Origin: Nemertoderma westbladi
Taxonomy: Eukaryota > Animalia > Xenacoelomorpha
DNA length: 64,000 nucleotides
Assembly: GCA_032718475.1 (NCBI GenBank)
Contig: JAUCBJ010003100.1
Location: forward strand, 1-64,000
Direction of reading: 5' to 3'
In this document: in pieces, positions 60,701-64,000 of the stretch
How positions within the stretch are numbered: position 1 is the first letter of the stretch
How the letters are laid out: every line of letters starts with the position of its first letter
Translations under genes and position numbers: made by a program
Notes under the pieces: generated by a model
Told to the model about the DNA's origin: nothing
Databases searched by the model: none
What the model saw: only the letters and a program-made list of their open reading frames with translations

Positions 60701-63700
60701 CTGTACTGTAGATACGTAGGGTATCGTCTACCCGGGTTGAAGTTATCTGTCTAAGTGTTTTCACAATGGATGGACCTACTGTACTGTAGATACGTAGGGT
60801 ATCTTCTACCCGGGTCGAAGTTATCTGTCTAAGTGTTTGCACAATGGATGGACCTACTGTACTGTAGATACGTAGGTTATCTTCTACCCGGGTTGAAGTT
60901 ATCTGTCTAAGTGTTTTCACAATGGATGGACCTACTGTACTGTAGATACGTAGGTTATCTTCTACCTGGGTTGAAGTTATCTGTTAAGTGTTTGCCCAAT
61001 GGATGGACCTACTGTACTGTAGATACGTAGGTTATCTTCTACCTGGGTTGAAGTTATCTGTCTAAGTGTTTGCCAAATGGATGGACCTACTGTACTGTAG
61101 ATGCGTAGGGTATCTTCTACCTGGGTTGAAGTCATCTGTCTAAGTGTTTGCACAATGGATGGACCTACTGTACTGTAGATACGTAGGTTATCTTCTACCT
61201 GGGTTGAAGTTATCTGTCTAAGTGTTTGCCAAATGGATGGACCTACTGTACTGTAGATGCGTAGGGTATCTTCTACCTGGGTTGAAGTCATCTGTCTAAG
61301 TGTTTGCACAATGGACGGACCTACTGTACTGTAGATACGTAGGTTATCTTCTACCTGGGTTGAAGTTATCTGTCTAAGTGTTTGCACAATGGATGGACCT
61401 ACTGTACGGTAGATACGTAGGTTATCTTCTACCTGGTTGAAGTTATCTGTCTAAGTGTTTGCACAATGGATGGACCTACTGTACTGTAGATACGTAGGTT
61501 ATCTTCTACCCGGGTTGAAGTTATCTGTCTAAGTGTTTGCACAATGGATGGACCTACTGTACTGTAGATACGTAGGTTATCTTCTACCTGGGTTGAAGTT
61601 ATCTGTCTAAGTGTTTGCACAATGGATGGACCTACTGTACTGTAGATACGTAGGTTATCTTCTACCCGGGTTGAAGTTATCTGTCTAAGTGTTTGCACAA
61701 TGGATGGACCTACTGTACTGTAGATACGTAGGTTATCTTCTACCCGGGTTGAAGTTATCTGTCTAAGTGTTTGCACACTGGATGGACCTACTTTACTGTA
61801 GATACGTAGGTTATCTTCTACCTGGGTTGAAGTTATCTGTCTAAGTGTTTGCACAATGGATGGACCTACTGTACTGTAGATACGTAGGTTATCTTCTACC
61901 TGGGTTGAAGTTATCTGTCTATGTTTGCACAATGGATGGACCTACTGTACTGTAGATACGTAGGTTATCTTCTACCTGGGTCGAAGTTATCTGTCTAAGT
62001 GTTTTCACAATGGATGGACCTACTGTACTGTAGATACGTAGGTTATCTTCTACCTGGGTTGACGTTATCTGTCTAAGTGTTTGCCAAATGGATGGACCTA
62101 CTGTACTGTAGATACGTAGGTTATCGTCTACCCGGGTTGAAGTTATCTGTCTAAGTGTTTTCACAATGGATGGACCTACTGTACTGTAGATACGTAGGGT
62201 ATCTTCTACCCGGGTCGAAGTTATCTGTCTAAGTGTTTGCACAATGGATGGACCAACTGTACTGTAGATACGTAGGGTATCGTCTACCCGGGTTGAAGTT
62301 ATCTGTCTAAGTGTTTTCACAATGGATGGACCTACTGTACTGTAGATACGTAGGGTATCTTCTACCCGGGTCGAAGTTATCTGTCTAAGTGTTTGCACAA
62401 TGGATGGACCAACTGTACTGTAGATACGTAGGGTATCGTCTACCCGGGTTGAAGTTATCTGTCTAAGTGTTTGCACAATGGATGGACCTACTGTACTGTA
62501 GATACGTAGGTTATCTTCTACCTGGGTTGAAGTTATCTGTCTAAGTGTTTTCACAATGGATGGACCTACTGTACTGTAGATACGTAGGGTATCTTCTACC
62601 CGGGTCGAAGTTATCTGTCTAAGTGTTTGCCCAATGGATGGACCTACTGTACTGTAGATACGTAGGTTATCGTCTACCTGGGTTGAAGTTATCTGTCTAA
62701 GTGTTTGCACAATGGATGGACCTACTTTACTGTAGATACGTAGGTTATCTTCTACCCGGGTCGAAGTTATCTGTCTAAGTGTTTTCACAATGGAAGGACC
62801 TACTGTACTGTAGATACGTAGGTTATCGTCTACCTGGGTTGAAGTTATCTGTCTAAGTGTTTTCACAATGGATGGACCTACTGTACTGTAGATACGTAGG
62901 GTATCTTCTACCCGGGTCGAAGTTATCTGTCTAAGTGTTTGCACAATGGATGGACCAACTGTACTGTAGATACGTAGGGTATCGTCTACCCGGGTTGAAG
63001 TTATCTGTCTAAGTGTTTGCACAATGGATGGACCTACTGTACTGTAGATACGTAGGTTATCTTCTACCTGGGTTGAAGTTATCTGTCTAAGTGTTTGCAC
63101 AATGGATGGACCTACTGTACTGTAGATACGTAGGTTATCTTCTACCTGGGTTGAAGTTATCTGTCTAAGTGTTTGCCCAATGGATGGACCTACTGTACTG
63201 TAGATACGTAGGTTATCTTCTACCCGGGTTGAAGTTATCTGTCTAAGTGTTTGCACAATGGATGGACCTACTGTACTGTAGATACGTAGGTTATCTTCTA
63301 CCTGGGTTGAAGTTATCTGTCTAAGTGTTTGCACAATGGATGGACCTACTGTACTGTAGATACGTAGGGTATCTTCTACCCGGGTCGAAGTTATCTGTCT
63401 AAGTGTTTTCACAATGGATGGACCTACTGTACTGTAGATACGTAGGTTATCGTCTACCTGAGTTGAAGTTATCTGTCTAAGTGTTTGCACAATGGATGGA
63501 CCTACTGTACTGTAGATACGTAGGTTATCTTCTACCCGGGTTGAAGTTATCTGTCTAAGTGTTTGCACAATGGATGGACCTACTGTACTGTAGATACGTA
63601 GGTTATCTTCTACCCGGGTTGAAGTTATCTGTCTAAGTGTTTGCCCAATGGATGGACCTACTTTACTGTAGATACGTAGGTTATCTTCTACCTGAGTTGA

Positions 63701-64000
63701 AGTTATCTGTCTAAGTGTTTGCACAATGGATGGACCTACTGTACTGTAGATACGTAGGTTATCTTCTACCCGGGTTGAAGTTATCTGTCTAAGTGTTTGC
63801 ACAATGGATGGACCTACTGTACTGTAGATACGTAGGTTATCTTCTACCTGGGTTGAAGTTATCTGTCTAAGTGTTTGCCCAATGGATGGACCTACTGTAC
63901 TGTAGATACGTAGGGTATCTTCTACCCGGGTCGAAGTTATCTGTCTAAGTGTTTGCCCAATGGATGGACCTACTGTACTGTAGATACGTAGGGTATCTTC
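57763..64000. repeat. 78-bp satellite, ~80 copies, running off the window, with a 1556-bp higher-order duplication
   Basis: Monomer GTTATCTTCTACCTGGGTTGAAGTTATCTGTCTAAGTGTTTGCACAATGGATGGACCTACTGTACTGTAGATACGTAG. Confidence 0.99.

Noticed and set aside
57863-63802. Long repetitive ORFs up to 627 aa
   Set aside because: A by-product of a stop-free 78-bp (multiple of 3) monomer; non-ATG starts and frameshifting deletions.

Overview
AT-rich, repeat-dense eukaryotic (animal, probably invertebrate) DNA; no prokaryotic features and no CRISPR array. 1-22 kb holds decayed LINEs (RTE-like, L2/Rex-like, CR1-like), a 29-bp satellite expanded from inside a CR1 ORF, Copia and BEL/Pao remnants, and a 5'-truncated CRE-clade retrotransposon with an 11-bp TSD. 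22.6-33.8 kb is a precise head-to-tail Helitron dimer. Its first copy holds a foldback IS3EU-like element (6-bp TSD), which in turn holds an intact CsRN1-clade Gypsy element (4-bp TSD, -1 frameshift). 37.5-44.2 kb is an array of five co-oriented HINE/DINE-1-like elements separated by unique short spacers. Host genes: a 316-aa ORF with a Scm3/HJURP-like N-terminal motif, CUB-domain exons, and a two-exon Shisa/CYYR1-like membrane protein. The end of the window is mostly 36-, 21- and 78-bp satellites. The most striking pattern is that both rolling-circle-type families carry transcription-factor-like motifs (CTCF-like; RFX X-box-like) at about 146-156 bp spacing. Back-to-back library adapters at 48935-48987 mark a probable chimeric assembly join. 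All family assignments are by eye, without database searches.
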